DNA of 64,000 nucleotides from Somniosus microcephalus. Its lineage: Eukaryota. Of this stretch, positions 33,783 to 46,844 are shown in pieces. A program made the translations under genes and the position numbers. Every line of letters begins with the position of its first letter. Position 1 is the first letter of the stretch. Below the pieces are notes generated by a model, which was not told the DNA's origin, made no database searches, and saw only the letters and a list, made by a program, of their open reading frames with translations. Location of the stretch: assembly GCA_052327205.1 (NCBI GenBank), contig CM126205.1, positions 240,622,001 to 240,686,000 of the forward strand, written 5' to 3'.

Positions 33783-36700
33783 GTGATGGTGTTCCCATGC
33801 GCCTGCTGCTCTTGTCCTTCTAGGTGGTAGAGGTTGCGGGTTTGGAAGGTTTTGTTGAAGAAGTCTTGGCGAGTTGCTGCAGTGCATCTTGTAGATGATA
33901 CACACTATAGCCACGGTTCGCCAGTGGTGGAGGGAGCGAATGTTTAAGGAGGTGGATGAGGTGCCAATCAATTGGACTGCTTTGACCTGGATGGTTTGAG
34001 CTTCTTGAATGTTGTTGGAGTTCTCATTCAGGCAAGTGGAGAATATTTCATCACACTGCTGACTTGTGCCTTGTAGATGGTGGAAAGGCTTTGGGGAGTC
34101 AGGAGATGAGACACTCACCACAGAATACCCAGCCTCTGACATGCTCTCTTGTAGCCACAGTATTTATGTGGCTGGTCTAGTTAAGTTTCTGGTCAGTGGT
34201 GACCCCAGGATGTTTTGGTGGGGGATTTGGTGATGGTAATGCCTTTGAATGTCATGGGGAGGTGATTAGACTCTCTATTGTTGGTGATAGCCATTGCCTG
34301 GCACTTGTGTGGCGCGCGCGTTACTTGCCACTTTTCAACTCAAGGCTGCATGTGGGCACGGACCACTTCATTATCTGAGGAGTTGCGAATGGAACTGAAC
34401 ACTGTGCAATCATCAGCAAACATCCCTACTTCTGGCTTTATGATGGAGGGAAGGTCGTTGATGAAGCAGCTGAAGGTGGTTGGGTCTAGGAACTCCTGCA
34501 GCGATGTCCTGGGGCTGAGATGATTGGCCTCCAACAACCACAGCCATCTTCCTTTGTGCCAGGTATGACCCTAACCAGTGGAGAGATTTCCCTTGATCCC
34601 CATTGACTTCAATTTTACGAGGGCTCCTTTGTGCCAGACTCAGTCAAATGCTGCCTTAATGTCAAGGACAGTCACTCTCACCTCACCGCTGGAATTCAGC
34701 TCTTTTGCTCATGTTTGACCAAGGCATGAATGAGGTCTGGAGCTGAGTGGTCCTGGCAGAACCAAACTGAGCATCGATGAGCAGGTTATCAGTGAGAAAA
34801 TGTTGCATGACAGCATTGTCGACGACACCTTACATTACTTTGCTGATGATTGAGAGTAGGCTGATGGGGCAGTGATTGCATTTGTCCTACTTTTTGTGGA
34901 CAGGACATACCTGGGAAATCTTCCACATTGTCGGGTAGATGCCAGTGTTGTAGCTTTGCTAGAGGCAGTGCTAGTTCTGGAGCACAAGTCTTCAGCACGA
35001 CAGCCGCGCTGTTGTTGGGGCCCATAGCCTTTAATGTATCCAGTGCTTGATATCACGTGGAGTGAATCGAATTTGTTGAAGACTGACTTCTATGATGGTG
35101 GGGACCTCAAGAGGAGGCTGAGATGGATCATCCACTCAACACTTCTGGCTGAAGATGTTTGCAAACACTTCAGCCTTGTCTTTTGTACTCACCTGCTGGG
35201 GTCCGCCATCATTGACGATGGGGATGTTTATTGAGCTTCCTCCTCCCATTAGTTGTTTAAAAGACCTCCACCATTCATGACTGGATGTGGCAGAACTGCA
35301 GAGCTTTGATCTGATCCGTCGCTTGTGGGATCGCTTAGCTCTGTCTATAGTATGCTGTTTCTGCTGTTTAACATGCATCTAGCTCCACCAGGTTGGCACT
35401 TCATTTTTAGGTACGCCTGGTGCTGCTCCTGGCATGCTGTTTTACACTCTTCATTCAACCAGGGTTGGTCACCTGGCTTGATGGTAGAGTGAGGGACATG
35501 CTGGGCCATGAGGTTACAGATTGTGGTGGAATACAATTCAGCTGATGCTAATGGCACACAGCACCTCACGGATACCCAGTTTTGAGCTGCTAGATCTGTT
35601 CTGAATCTATCCCATTTAGCACAGTGGTAGTGCCACACAACATGATGGAGGGTGTCCTCAGTGTGAGGACGGGACTTCGTCTCCACAATGACTGTGCGGT
35701 GGTCACTCCTACCATGGACAGATGCATTTGTGATAGGTAGATTGGTGAGGACGAGGTCAGGTAGGTTTTTCCCTCATGTTGGTTCTCTCACCACTTGTCA
35801 TAAGCCCAGTCTGTATATATGTATTTAATGGCTCAGTCAGTAGTGGTGCTACCGAGCCCCTTTTGGTGATGGACATTGAAGCCCTCTACCCAGAGTACAT
35901 TTTATGCCCTTGCTACCCTCAGTGCTTTTTCCAAGTGGTGTTCAATATACTTGGTAGGTATTGATGGAATATCAAAAGTACTGATTCATCAACTGAGGGA
36001 GGGCAGTAGGTGGTAATTAGCAGGCGGTTTTCTTGCCCACGTTTGACCTGATGCCATGAGACTTCATGGGGTCCGAGATCAATGTTAAGGACTCCCAGCG
36101 CCACTCCCTCCCGACTGCACACCACTGAACCCCGCACCCCTGGTGGGTCTGACCCGACGGTGGGAAAGGACATACCCATGGATGGTGCTGGAGGAGTCTG
36201 GGACATTGGCTGAAAGATATGATATTGTGAGTATGACAGTCAGGCTGTTGCTTGACTAGTCTGTGGGACAGCTCTCCCAATTTTGGCACAAGTCCCCAGA
36301 TGATAGTGAGGAGGACTATGCAGAGTCAACTGGGCTGGGTGAGCCTTTGTCATGTCCAAATCCGATGCCTACGTTGATCCTGAGTGGTCTGTCCGGTTTC
36401 TTTCTTATTCTTTTTTGTCGCAGTTTGATATGACTGAGTGACTTGCTCGGCCATTTCAGAGGGTAGTCAAGAGTCAGTCACATTGCTGTGGGTCTGGAGT
36501 CACATCTAGGCCAGACCTAGTAAGGACGGCAAGTTTCGAGACTACTAGTGCAGTAACATAGCCACTATGCTACTGTATCCGATGTTACCTATCAAAATAT
36601 TGGGTTGATAGGAACTAAAGTTTTCTGTGCTCTGGTGAAACCTTTTGTCCAGACGATATTGCTGCAGTACAAATATCTGTTTAGCAAGCAATATTTTATG

Positions 36701-37658
36701 TTGTTAGCTTAATTTGAACTTGATATGTATTGATGGAACATCAGAAGTACTGCAGCAGCCATGTCAAATATTTCAGGTTATGATGAATTGCTTTATACTT
36801 TACATGTGCTAAAATATGCGACCTGAATGCAAGATTAGTCCCTTCTAACCAAAAATATTCATCTAGCAGCAGTGGTTGCTGTTCTTGTGTCAGATCTCTT
36901 TAGAATTATGGCTGACACAAAATCTCAAAGCTTGTTTGGTCTTGAGTTTGAAGCTAAACTAGTGCTTGTGAACTTTTGTTCTCGGACAGGTCTTTTTTTC
37001 TGTAGCCCCTTCTCGGCGTTTCCAGTCCAGATTCTATTCTCATTCCTCTCCTTCTCCCCAGTGACGTCCTTGCCCCTCTTGATAAATTCTCACTTCCCGT
37101 GCTCCTATTCTTATTCCCACTGGGCCCATTACTGCTTCTTCCTGATCAGCTCCAGCTTCCCTTTACTGAGCTTTAACATCAACTGCCCCCAGCCCAATAC
37201 TTATTTCTCACCACATCTGCTCTCTGGTCTTGCCTGCAGTCAGCTTCATCCTCCTGCTGCAGTGAAATGAAATCTGATGTACCTGTGAGCTGGGTACGAT
37301 GGATTTCATCTTAATATAACATTTTTTAACAAAAAGGTAAAATGCAAAATAAGAAATTGTACAGAATGAATGTGAAACAAAACAATCTATTAGTTTATAT
37401 CCCTTTTATATCCTGTTTTTGTACAGAGGTGTAAAAATGTTACTGCCAATATTGTAACAGTAACAAAGTAATTAAAAGTTGAAAACACCTCTTTTGACTC
37501 TAAAAAGATTGAATAATTACAGTGATATGGCCCAGTCTTGATTAGTCTAAATAGGTTTAATAAGCAGTATTGGCAGGCAGGAATTTCATCTTGTAAGCAC
37601 TTTCTATGACATGAACTTTCCGATGTGATCACCTGCTTGAACTAAGAAAACCAACGTA

Positions 37659-37791
37659 AAAACCAAAATACTGCAGGTGCTGAAATCCTGAAATAAAAAC
37701 AGAAAATGCTGGACACACTCAGCGGGTCAGGCAATACCTATGGAAAGAGGAAGGTAGAATTAGCCTTTCAGGTCGATGATCTTTTGTCAGA
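37659..37791. mobile_element. Third copy (left arm) of the foldback/hammerhead element family
   Basis: Homologous to 1061-1181. Minus strand reads CTGACAA-AAGATC ATC GACCT-GAAA. Confidence 0.7.
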
Positions 37792-38774
37792 CCCCTATTC
37801 GAGATTAAAAGTCAGAAATTTTTAACAGTGCTATTGCAGGAGATGCTTTACTTGAAGGGATAATTACTAGCCCTAGCCCATTTCGGGCTACCTCAGATCA
37901 GGCGTATTCCCCAGACATTCACCTTCAACTAAAGTTAAAAATAGCCAAATTCTATAAGATGCTAAATTGGGTCTAAAGGTTCAGACTATCTCTCCCTAAA
38001 GGAAAGGAACGACGTGAAGATGTTACTGTCCTCCGGATAGCACTTTTAATAAGTTTAGACTGTAACCTTCTGGATATTATGAGGGTCTGGAATACCCCCC
38101 AGAATTCTGCAACTTCTCACAAAAGAGTATACAGAAATTGAGTTCGCAAGTTTGATACAGAAATACTACTTGAGACAATTCTAAAAATATATAGATTTAT
38201 TTAAGAGCCGACATACAGTTGACAGCTTGTGAGTCAATCACAACTTTAACAGTTCAAAAACAAATAGCTTACATTTCTTATCCTCAGAGATCCTTATTCT
38301 GAAATCTTAACTTCGTACATTTTTACATTTCTTATTCTTAATTCTAATCCAGAATATCCACCAAAATCAAATTAAAAGTATCTTGATCCCCGAGACTCAG
38401 AGTTAAAAACTTAGAGATGCTTCTGAAGAGTGAGAATCGCTTTGCCCCTTTCCAGTGACTTCTGACTGTCTATCTGAAAAGCTCTATTTTTATACCTTTT
38501 TTAGTGGTTTATCCTTTGAAGTTTTCCACTGGTGTAAGCTAATTATCTCTAGTCATCTTCCTGTTGACTTTTTTCTATTCTTACTGTCAAATCAGCTGCC
38601 AACTTTTAGATTTGTGTCTGTTGTGTAGGTGTTTCAAAATGTATCATAAAAAACAATATGACAGTGGTATTTATTTGATGCCATTCTTATCGAAGGACTT
38701 CCATTCAATTCTTAATATTGGCTTAACTGTTTATAATCAGACGTCGTGACTCCTATGTGTTCCAAGTTCAACAC

Positions 38775-38981
38775 TGTAGTGTCCGTGTGTAGATAAAGAC
38801 ACTGAAGACAGGAGTTGGTTCATAGGTATTTACTAAGCAAGTCTGGGGGGGGGGGGGGTTCTAAAGGATATACACAATACACAGGCTTATATAGCCCAAG
38901 TGGCAATTACCGGCATTACGCACACCTGGGGCTCTTAAAGGCACATACACCATAATTGCTCTTAAAGGCACATACACCACA
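38775..38981 (-). mobile_element. Solo LTR of a related Gypsy family
   Basis: TG...CA ends and 5-bp TSD AACAC (38770-38774, 38982-38986). Minus strand TGTGGTGTATGTGCCTTTAAGAG resembles TGTAGTGTATGTACCTTTAAGAG of the 28706 LTR. Confidence 0.85.
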
Positions 38982-39979
38982 AACACAAACACAATGTAAT
39001 TGCTTGGTGTCATCTACTGAAGTCATATCTTCAAAGTGTTGGTATCATATTTACAGTATGTCAATTAAAGACACTTCAGCTAGGGTGTTTGTTTTCCTAG
39101 CCATCTTAGTTGGTTATATTATATCATGTTTCCTGTTTCATTTGATGTTACTTTTACAAAGGCACATGTTTTTTTAATATTCTGTGTTCCTGTTCGAAGT
39201 GTTAGTTTTTAACACTTTACTTGGGTCATTCCATTGTGTTTCTCCCAAACTCCAGACCTTCTGGAAGTGCCAAACTGCTATTTCAATAGGGCCATTGTTT
39301 TAGTATTTTTAACCAATTCCCATTTCAAAAGCTTGTGGTGTTTACAACTTTTGTGTTATCAAACCATCCCATCTCAGAAGCCTGTTTGCACAGCTTGTGT
39401 CGTTGAGGCTTTAGATTTTTAAACCCAGTATATCATGTATTAATAAAATCAGAATTCTGTTCATAGGATGGTGTATCTCTTGGAATATGGCTTTTTCCTT
39501 TACATACTGTGGACTGTTCCATTTCTAACTGGACTTGCAGCAAGGTCATATGAGGGAAAGTTCTCACTAGCCACAATCCTAAGAATTGCCTTGCTTCAGT
39601 GGCTATTGTTTGACATGAGAAGCAAAATTTAGAACATATTGTAGAACTTCATTCTGAAGCAGGTACAGTTCTAGACTGCAAAATGAATGTTTTGGATTAT
39701 CAATATGAAATAGATGAAAAAGTATGCAGACTGAAAACTCTCCAGCACCATGGAATGCAACTCCAAAAGAGTACCCTGCCCCCAAAAAATAGTATTTTAA
39801 TTTTATGAGCACATTTAATTACAAGCTTATAAAATGGACTCTTGTACAGCATGAGATAGGAGAAAGTAGGAAAGTGAAATTTGTAGGAGCACTGATAACC
39901 TAATCTGCATAATTATATAATTTGTTTCACAATGTCATTACATTACATTCTACTCAATGCAATTTTGTAAATTATACAG

Positions 39980-41134
39980 ATCATAGAATGGTTACAGCAC
40001 GGAAGAAGGCCATTTGAACCGTCGAGCTCGTGCTGGCTCTCTGCAAGAGCACTTCAGCTACTCCATCACTCCCCTGCCCTTTCCCCGTAGCCCTGCAAAT
40101 TATCCAACTCCCTTTTGAAAGCCGTGATTGAGTCTGCCTCCACCGCCCTTTCAGGCAGTGCATTCCAGATCTTAACCACTCGCTGCGTAAAAAAGTTTTT
40201 TCTTATGTCGCCTTTGGTTCATTTGCCAACCATCTTAAATCTGTGTCCTCTGGTTCTCGACCCCTCTGCCAATGGGAACAGTTTCTCTATCTACTCTGTC
40301 CAGATCCCTCATGATTTTGAACACCTCTATCAAATCTCCTCTCAATCGTCTCTGCTCTAAGGAGAACAGCCCCAGCTTCTCCAGTCTATCCACGTAACTG
40401 AAGTCCATCATCCCTGGAATCATTCTCATAAATATTTTCTGCACCCTCTCTAAGGCCTTAACATCCTTCCTAAAGTGTGGTGCCTAGAATTGGACACATA
40501 CTCCAGTTGAGGCCGAACCAGTGGTTTATACAGGTTCATCATAATTTCCATGCTCTTGTACTCTATACCTCTATGCATGAAGCCCAGGATCCCATAAGCT
40601 TTTTTAACTGCTTTCTCAACCTGCCCTGCCACCTTCAATGATTTGTGCACATATACCCCCAGGTCTCTCTGTTCATGCACCCACTTCAGGATTGTACCCT
40701 TTAGTTTATATTGCCTCTCCTCATTCTTTCTACCAAAATGTATCACTTGGCACTTTTCTGCATTAAATTTCATCTGCCACGTGTCCACCCATTCCACCAG
40801 CCTGTCTATGTCCTCTTGAAGTCTATCACTATCCTCCTCATTGTTCAGTATACTTCCAAGTTTTGTGTCATCTGCAAATTTTGAAATTGTGCCCTGTACA
40901 CCCACATCCACGTCATTAATATATATCAAGAAAAGCAGTGCTCCTAGAACCGACCCCTGGGGAACACCACTGTATACCTTCCTCCAGTCCGAAAAACGAC
41001 CGTTCACCACTACTCTCTGTTTCCTGTCACTTAGCCAATTCCGTATCCATGCTGCCACTGTCCTTTTTATTCCATGGGCTTCAACTTTGCTGGCAAGTCT
41101 ATTATGTGGCACTTTGTTGAACGCCTTTTGGAAA
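39980..41134 (-). mobile_element. CR1 LINE 3' part
   Basis: ORF 40450-41166 has PQGSVLG and KFADDTKL. (TTCTATGA) tail. Confidence 0.92.
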
Positions 41135-41535
41135 TAACTTGTAGTTCTATTCACAAGCACAAACAAATTGTGACTTCATTTTTTTCTCTTTCTTTCTCCT
41201 CAGTCTTTACTTTATATTTTTATTCCAGATCAGCAAATGATTTTATTCTACTCATTATTTCCTTCTACTGTCTTTCCCATTATTTTGGCTGCTCTTTTTT
41301 CTGAGAAAGTTTTTTTTTAAATAAAGGATTTTTAACATTTGGTAAGCAGAAGGATGCCATGGAAAAGGGGTTCCTTTCTGTTTTAAAGTATAAAATAATT
41401 ATATATTTATCATTTCATCTGAGTAGTAGCTAGGTCCAGGCATTGGATGTTTAAAGTGGAAGCCATGGCTGCTGCTTCTGATAAGATTTTCTCTCTTTGA
41501 CATGACTGCTTGAAGCTAAGTGAATACACACATGA

Positions 41536-42187
41536 GGGGCAGGAGAAATTGGACTGCCCGACAACAACTAAGTTGAAAGCCGGCAACTTCCAAGTGTGCA
41601 GAGTGCCGCCTAAAACAAGCTTCGGCACCTTGAATATTCAGAGCACAGTCCTAACTCCCTGATACAAATTGATCATCAACTGGGTTAGGGTTAGGGCTGC
41701 ACATGCTCTGGCCAGTTGTTCCGGATCATCAGCAGTCTGATCAGTGCTCTTCAAAGGGACCACTGGAGGCCACTCATGAAAAAGTAAGGAAACTTTTTTA
41801 TAGTTACATTTCTAAGGAGCCAGCAGGAGCGAAAGTGCTCCTCCTGGCTCCACAAAAATACCGTGGGCCACTTATCTTATCGGGGCCCGGAGGGGCAGGG
41901 GTTTCCGCCTCTACCACACTGGCTTCCCCCCCTTCCCACCTGCGAAAACCTTCCAAACCCCTCCCCCGTGCGACTTACCTGATTGCCGGCCTGGCAGCCC
42001 CGGGACTGCCCGATATGAGTAGTCCCAGAGCCAGTGAGCTACCTCTGGAGGCCCGTTTCGGGTAAGCACCTGGCTGGTGAAAGGCAGAGCTGTTTAAATC
42101 AACCAGGCCTCCGACTGCAGCGCCCGAGCTCGTGGCCCATACAGCCCTCTGGCTTCCCATCTGGGAGTTTAAACTAAAATCTCAGGT
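41536..42187. mobile_element. Degraded Harbinger-type MITE
   Basis: GAGAAATTGG terminus-like motif; GGAGC...AGTGCTCCTCCTGGCTCC motif resembles 2425-2450. Ends uncertain. Confidence 0.4.
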
Positions 42188-44026
42188 TAAAAGACTCTGA
42201 GACTTGCTATCAATTTATTAAAAGTTTTGAGACATGATTATCATACCATCACACGTGCAAACTGTGCCCACAAAAATCCTGATTTCCCAGGAATTCATTG
42301 AAAGCAATACAACCATTATCTGCTTAACCTGATTGGCTAAAACCAATTCAAAAACCATTCACCACTATCTGCTTAGCCTAATGGATCAATTTCCCCAGGA
42401 ACCAATCCAAAAACACTATCAATTATTTAGATATAATTCAAGGTCTCTCACCACTTCTTGTGTAAACATTAACCATATCCTTGTATTCCCCATGAACAAC
42501 ACTATGGGAGATCTATTGGGATTTTAAAAAAAACACAGCTCACTTTACTGACAAGGTACAGTGCGATTACTTGGCTTACTTGTGGTGCTGTGGGAAACGG
42601 TTTGCATGCCTATCATTATAGCTCCACAATGGCAGCAGTTTCAGTTTGGCAAAAAATATTTAGCTTGGTTCAGTTTTAATTTACAACAGCTTTTAATTTT
42701 ATATTATTTTACTGTTAGTACCACAAGCTTTGTTTTCATTCTGTGTAGAAAAAGAAACTACATTTTGTGGTAACAATACCATTGAACTAATGCTAACGGA
42801 AGATATTCTCGCTTAGCTCTTTTCTGTTGGAAGGTCTGTGACTGGGACAAAAGAGCATACAAATGCAACTAGAGCAAAGCCAACACTGACCTGTGCAAGA
42901 AGAGGCAATTCGTGCATTTTTCAGTTTTGTTTACTAGAGTGTAAGGGTAAGGTTACATTGCAGTCATTGGAATGATGTGCTTGACAAAGAAAGATATTTA
43001 TACACCATTTGTAGAGTTATGAAGGGTTTTTGGCACAGGGTGCTTGTTGAAATGGAACATATCGTCAAAAAGGGAATTGCTGATGGCAACTATTCCTACT
43101 GAACACACAAAGATCTATGCTTCTTGGCACTTTCAGATAGTGTTGCCCCCACCCCATCCTATGATGCAAATTATATAATTGATACCATGTGTAAATGTGA
43201 TGCAACATATGCCACTAAGAATACTTTCCACAGTCAGAACACATTTTATCCATATGAACTGGTTTATATTTTACCTGAATTGTTTGCATTGCCCCTGAGT
43301 GACACATTACTCTGTTCCTATAGCCTTAAATAACATATATTGGAATGAATTTGTTCACAGTGAGTACTGCAATGATTAAATCATAAATTACCTTACATTT
43401 AAAGGTTAACACTATGAAGTGGAGTATATAAGAATTGTTGCATGTCTACAAAATTAAAGGCTCAGTAAATAGTTTACTGCCTTTTTGTATGAGACATGAT
43501 TAGAGATGTAACTTAACTGAAGATTTTCTGAGGGTGATTCAGAAGTGTTGAAAAATTGGCACCACCTAGATTCATTTGTATCTTTAGAAATAATACATTT
43601 AGAAACTGGAAAGCTCTGAATCTTCTGCCAGGCCAGCCGTATTGGATGTGTGCCAGGTGAGGAATGCAACAGCTGCATGTTCTTATTACCCAATATTCTG
43701 CCCCATCCTAATTTCCTATAATACCATATTTGTTCCATGGTGACTTTTAAGTATCATGGGACCAAGTAAACCGAGAGCCTGCACATTTTGCTGAGCAATT
43801 TCTGACGGGCTGCCCAATGCCTGTGTAAAGTGGGAATTAATCTCTTAAAGCGAGGTTGTATTCCCTGCTTTCAGATTCCGTGGCAACACTGTAGATAGAA
43901 TTCTGTAGGCAGCAATGAGTCAGAGGGCTCCCCCCAGGTTTTTAGATGCTTTCTCAGATGTCCTGGTGGAGGAGGTCATGGCAAGGAGGGAGGTTCCTTT
44001 CCCCAGCGCTTGCAGTAGCATACCCA

Positions 44027-44378
44027 GTTTCTCTCTATCTACTCTGTCTAGACCCCTCATGATTTTGAACACCTCTATCAAATCTCCTCTCAACCTTTTC
44101 TGCTCTAAGGAGAACAACCCCAGCTTCTCCAGTCTATCCACGTACTGAAGTCCCCCATCCCTGGAACCATTCTTGTAAATCTCTTCTTCACCTTCACATC
44201 CTTCCTAAAGCGCGGTGCCCGGAATTTAACACAATACTCCAGTTGAGGCCGAACCAACGTTTAATAAAGGTTCATCATAACTTTCTTGCTTTTGTACTCT
44301 ATGCCTTTATTTATGAAGCTCAGGATCCCGTATGCTTTTTTAACTGCTTTCTCAACCTGTCCTGCCACCTTCAACAAT
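44027..44378 (-). mobile_element. CR1 fragment
   Basis: DRLEKLGLFSLEQKRLRGDLIEVFK and KVAGQVEKAVKKAYGIL; closely similar to 40280-40640. Confidence 0.88.
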
Positions 44379-44651
44379 TTGTGGAAGGGTTGAATATTGG
44401 TGAGATGACTGAGTTTCTCAGGATAAAGCACCTTAACAGCTGCCTGGGTACTTTGCATAAGCTTGCATGACCCTGTTTCTGTGATCAGAGACCAACCAGA
44501 CATCAATGGAGTGGTAGCCATTCCTCTTCATGAATACTGCTGACTTATGTTCTGGTGCTTTAATGGCAACAAGTGTGCCACTCAGTGACATCCTGGACAT
44601 GAGGGAAGCCAGTCATTGCTGCAAATCCCCAAGTTCTCTCCTGGTGACTAG

Positions 44652-46116
44652 ACATAAGAACATAAGAAATAGAAGCAGGAGTAGGCCACTCGGCCGTTCG
44701 AGCCTACTCCGCCATTCAGTGAGATCATGGCTGATCTTCTGCCTCAACTCCATTCACCGGCCCTATCGCCATATCCCTTGATGCCCTTACTAGTCAGAAA
44801 TCTATCGACTTCTGTTTTGAATATACCCAATGACTGAACCTCCACAGCCCTCTGGGGTAGAGAATTCCAAAGATTCACCACCCTCTGTGTGAAGAAATTT
44901 CTTCTCATCTCAGTCCTGACTGGCCTACCCTTTATCCTGAGGCTGTGGCCTCTGGTTCTAGATTCCCCAGCCAAGGGAAACATTCTCCCAGCATCCACTC
45001 TATCAAGCCCTGTAATCATTTTGTATGCTTCAATGAGATCCCCTCTCAGTCTTCTGAATTCAAGAGAATACAGGCCTAGTTTACTCAATCTCTTCTCATA
45101 CGACAGTCCCGCCATCCCAGGAATCAATCTTGTGAACCTTTGTTACACTCCCTCTATGGTAAGTATATCCTTCTTTAGGTAAGGAGACCAAAATTGGACA
45201 CAGTACTCCAGGTGTGGTCTCACCAAGGCCCTATATAATTGGAGTAAGACTTCTTTACTCCTGTACTCAAATCCTCTTGTAATAAAGACCAGCATACCAT
45301 TTGCCTTCCTAATGGCTTGCTACACCTGCACATTCACTTTCAGTGACTCATGTACAAGGACACCCAGGTCCCTTTGAGCATCTGCATTCCCCAATCTTTC
45401 ACCATTTAGGAAATACTCTGCCTTTCTGTTTTTTCTACCAAAGTGGATAACTTCACATTCCTCCACATTGTATTCCATCTGCCATGTTCTCGCCCACTCA
45501 TTGAGCCTGTCAAGATCCCCTTGAAGCCTCTTCACATCCTCTTCACAACTGACACTGCCACCTAGCTTTGTATCATCAGCAAATTTGGAAATGTTACATT
45601 GAGTCCCCTCATCCAAATCATTGATATAGATTGTGAATAGCTGGGGCCCAAGCACCAATCCTTGCGGTACCCCACTGCCATCCTGAAAAAGACCCGTTTA
45701 TCCCTACTCTTTGTTTTCTGTCTGTTAACCAATTCTCAATCCATGCTAGTATATTACCCCCAATTCCATGTGCCCTAATTTTGTTCACCAACCTCTTGTG
45801 TGGGACCTTATCGAAGGCCTTCTGAAAATCCAAATACACCACATCTACCGGTTCCCCTTTGTCTACTCCACTAGTTATATCCTCAAAGAACTCCAATAGG
45901 TTTGTCAAACAGGATTTCCCTTTCATAAATCCATGTTGACTCTGCCTAATCTCACTATTAGCTTCTAAGTGCCCAGTTATTGCATCCTTTATTAAAGATT
46001 CCAGCATTTTCCCAACTACTGATGTGAGGCTAACAGGTCTGTAGTTCCCCATTTTCTCTCGCCCTCCTTTCTTAATTAGCGGGGTTACATTTGCTATCCT
46101 CCAATCTGTAGGAACG
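44652..46116 (-). mobile_element. CR1 LINE, 5'-truncated
   Basis: ORFs 44744-45127, 45320-45658 (KFADDTK) and 45618-46295 (YRPVSLTSVVGK). (TTCTTATG)n tail. Confidence 0.92.
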
Positions 46117-46338
46117 ACTGTTAGCGAAAATGATGTACTGGTTAGCCCTGGAGAACAGGGCATTGGTGACTTACTTGATGCAGCTGTGCACTGCAGACTG
46201 GCATATGCAGGAGATGCTCCCTGTAGCAGACTGAAGTGAACCAGTGGCATGGAAGTTAAGGACTGTGGTAACTTTGACAGCCACTGGCAAAGCATGGCCC
46301 CTGGTGCAGCAGGTCCTGTTCCAGGAGGCTGCTGAGGT

Positions 46339-46844
46339 CAACAACAACAACTTGTATTTATATAGCGCCTTTAACGTAGTAAAACGTCCCAAGGTGCGTC
46401 ACAGGAGTATTATAAGACAAAAAAATTGACACCGAGCCACATAAGGAGAAATTAGGGCAGGTGACCAAAAGCTTGGTTAAAGAGGTAGGTTTTAAGGAAC
46501 GTCTTAAAGGAGGAAAGAGAGGTAGCGAGGCAGAGAGGATTAGGTAGGGAATTCCAGAGCTTTGGGCCTAGGCAACAAAAGGCACGGCCACCAATGGTTG
46601 AGTGATTATAATCAGGGATGCTCAAGAAGGCAGAATTAGAGGAGCGCAGATATCTTGGGGGGTTGTGGGGCTGAAGGAGATTACAGAGATAGGGTGGGTC
46701 AAGGCCAATGGAGGGATTTGAAAACAAGGATGAGAATTTTGAAATCGAGGTGCTGCTTAACCAGGAGCCAATGTAGGTCAGCGAGTACAGGGGTGATGGG
46801 TGAACGGGACTTGGTGCGAGTTCGGACACGGGCAGCTGAGTTTT
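46339..46844 (-). mobile_element. L2 3' fragment
   Basis: Reverse complement closely matches 6325-6824, including the (GTT)n tail. Confidence 0.92.

Larger units (their letters stand above)
28462..36580 (-). mobile_element. Near full-length degraded CR1-group LINE (family B), split by the Gypsy insertion
   Basis: 3' end at 28462-28705; sequence resumes colinearly at 33783. RT (FADDCTVF) and APE (PKLGELSHRLVKQQPD) remnants. tRNA A-box remnant at 36562-36572. Confidence 0.88.

Noticed and set aside
41682-41696. GGGTTAGGGTTAGGG telomere-like tract
   Set aside because: Only 2.5 units inside a degraded MITE; not an interstitial telomere array.
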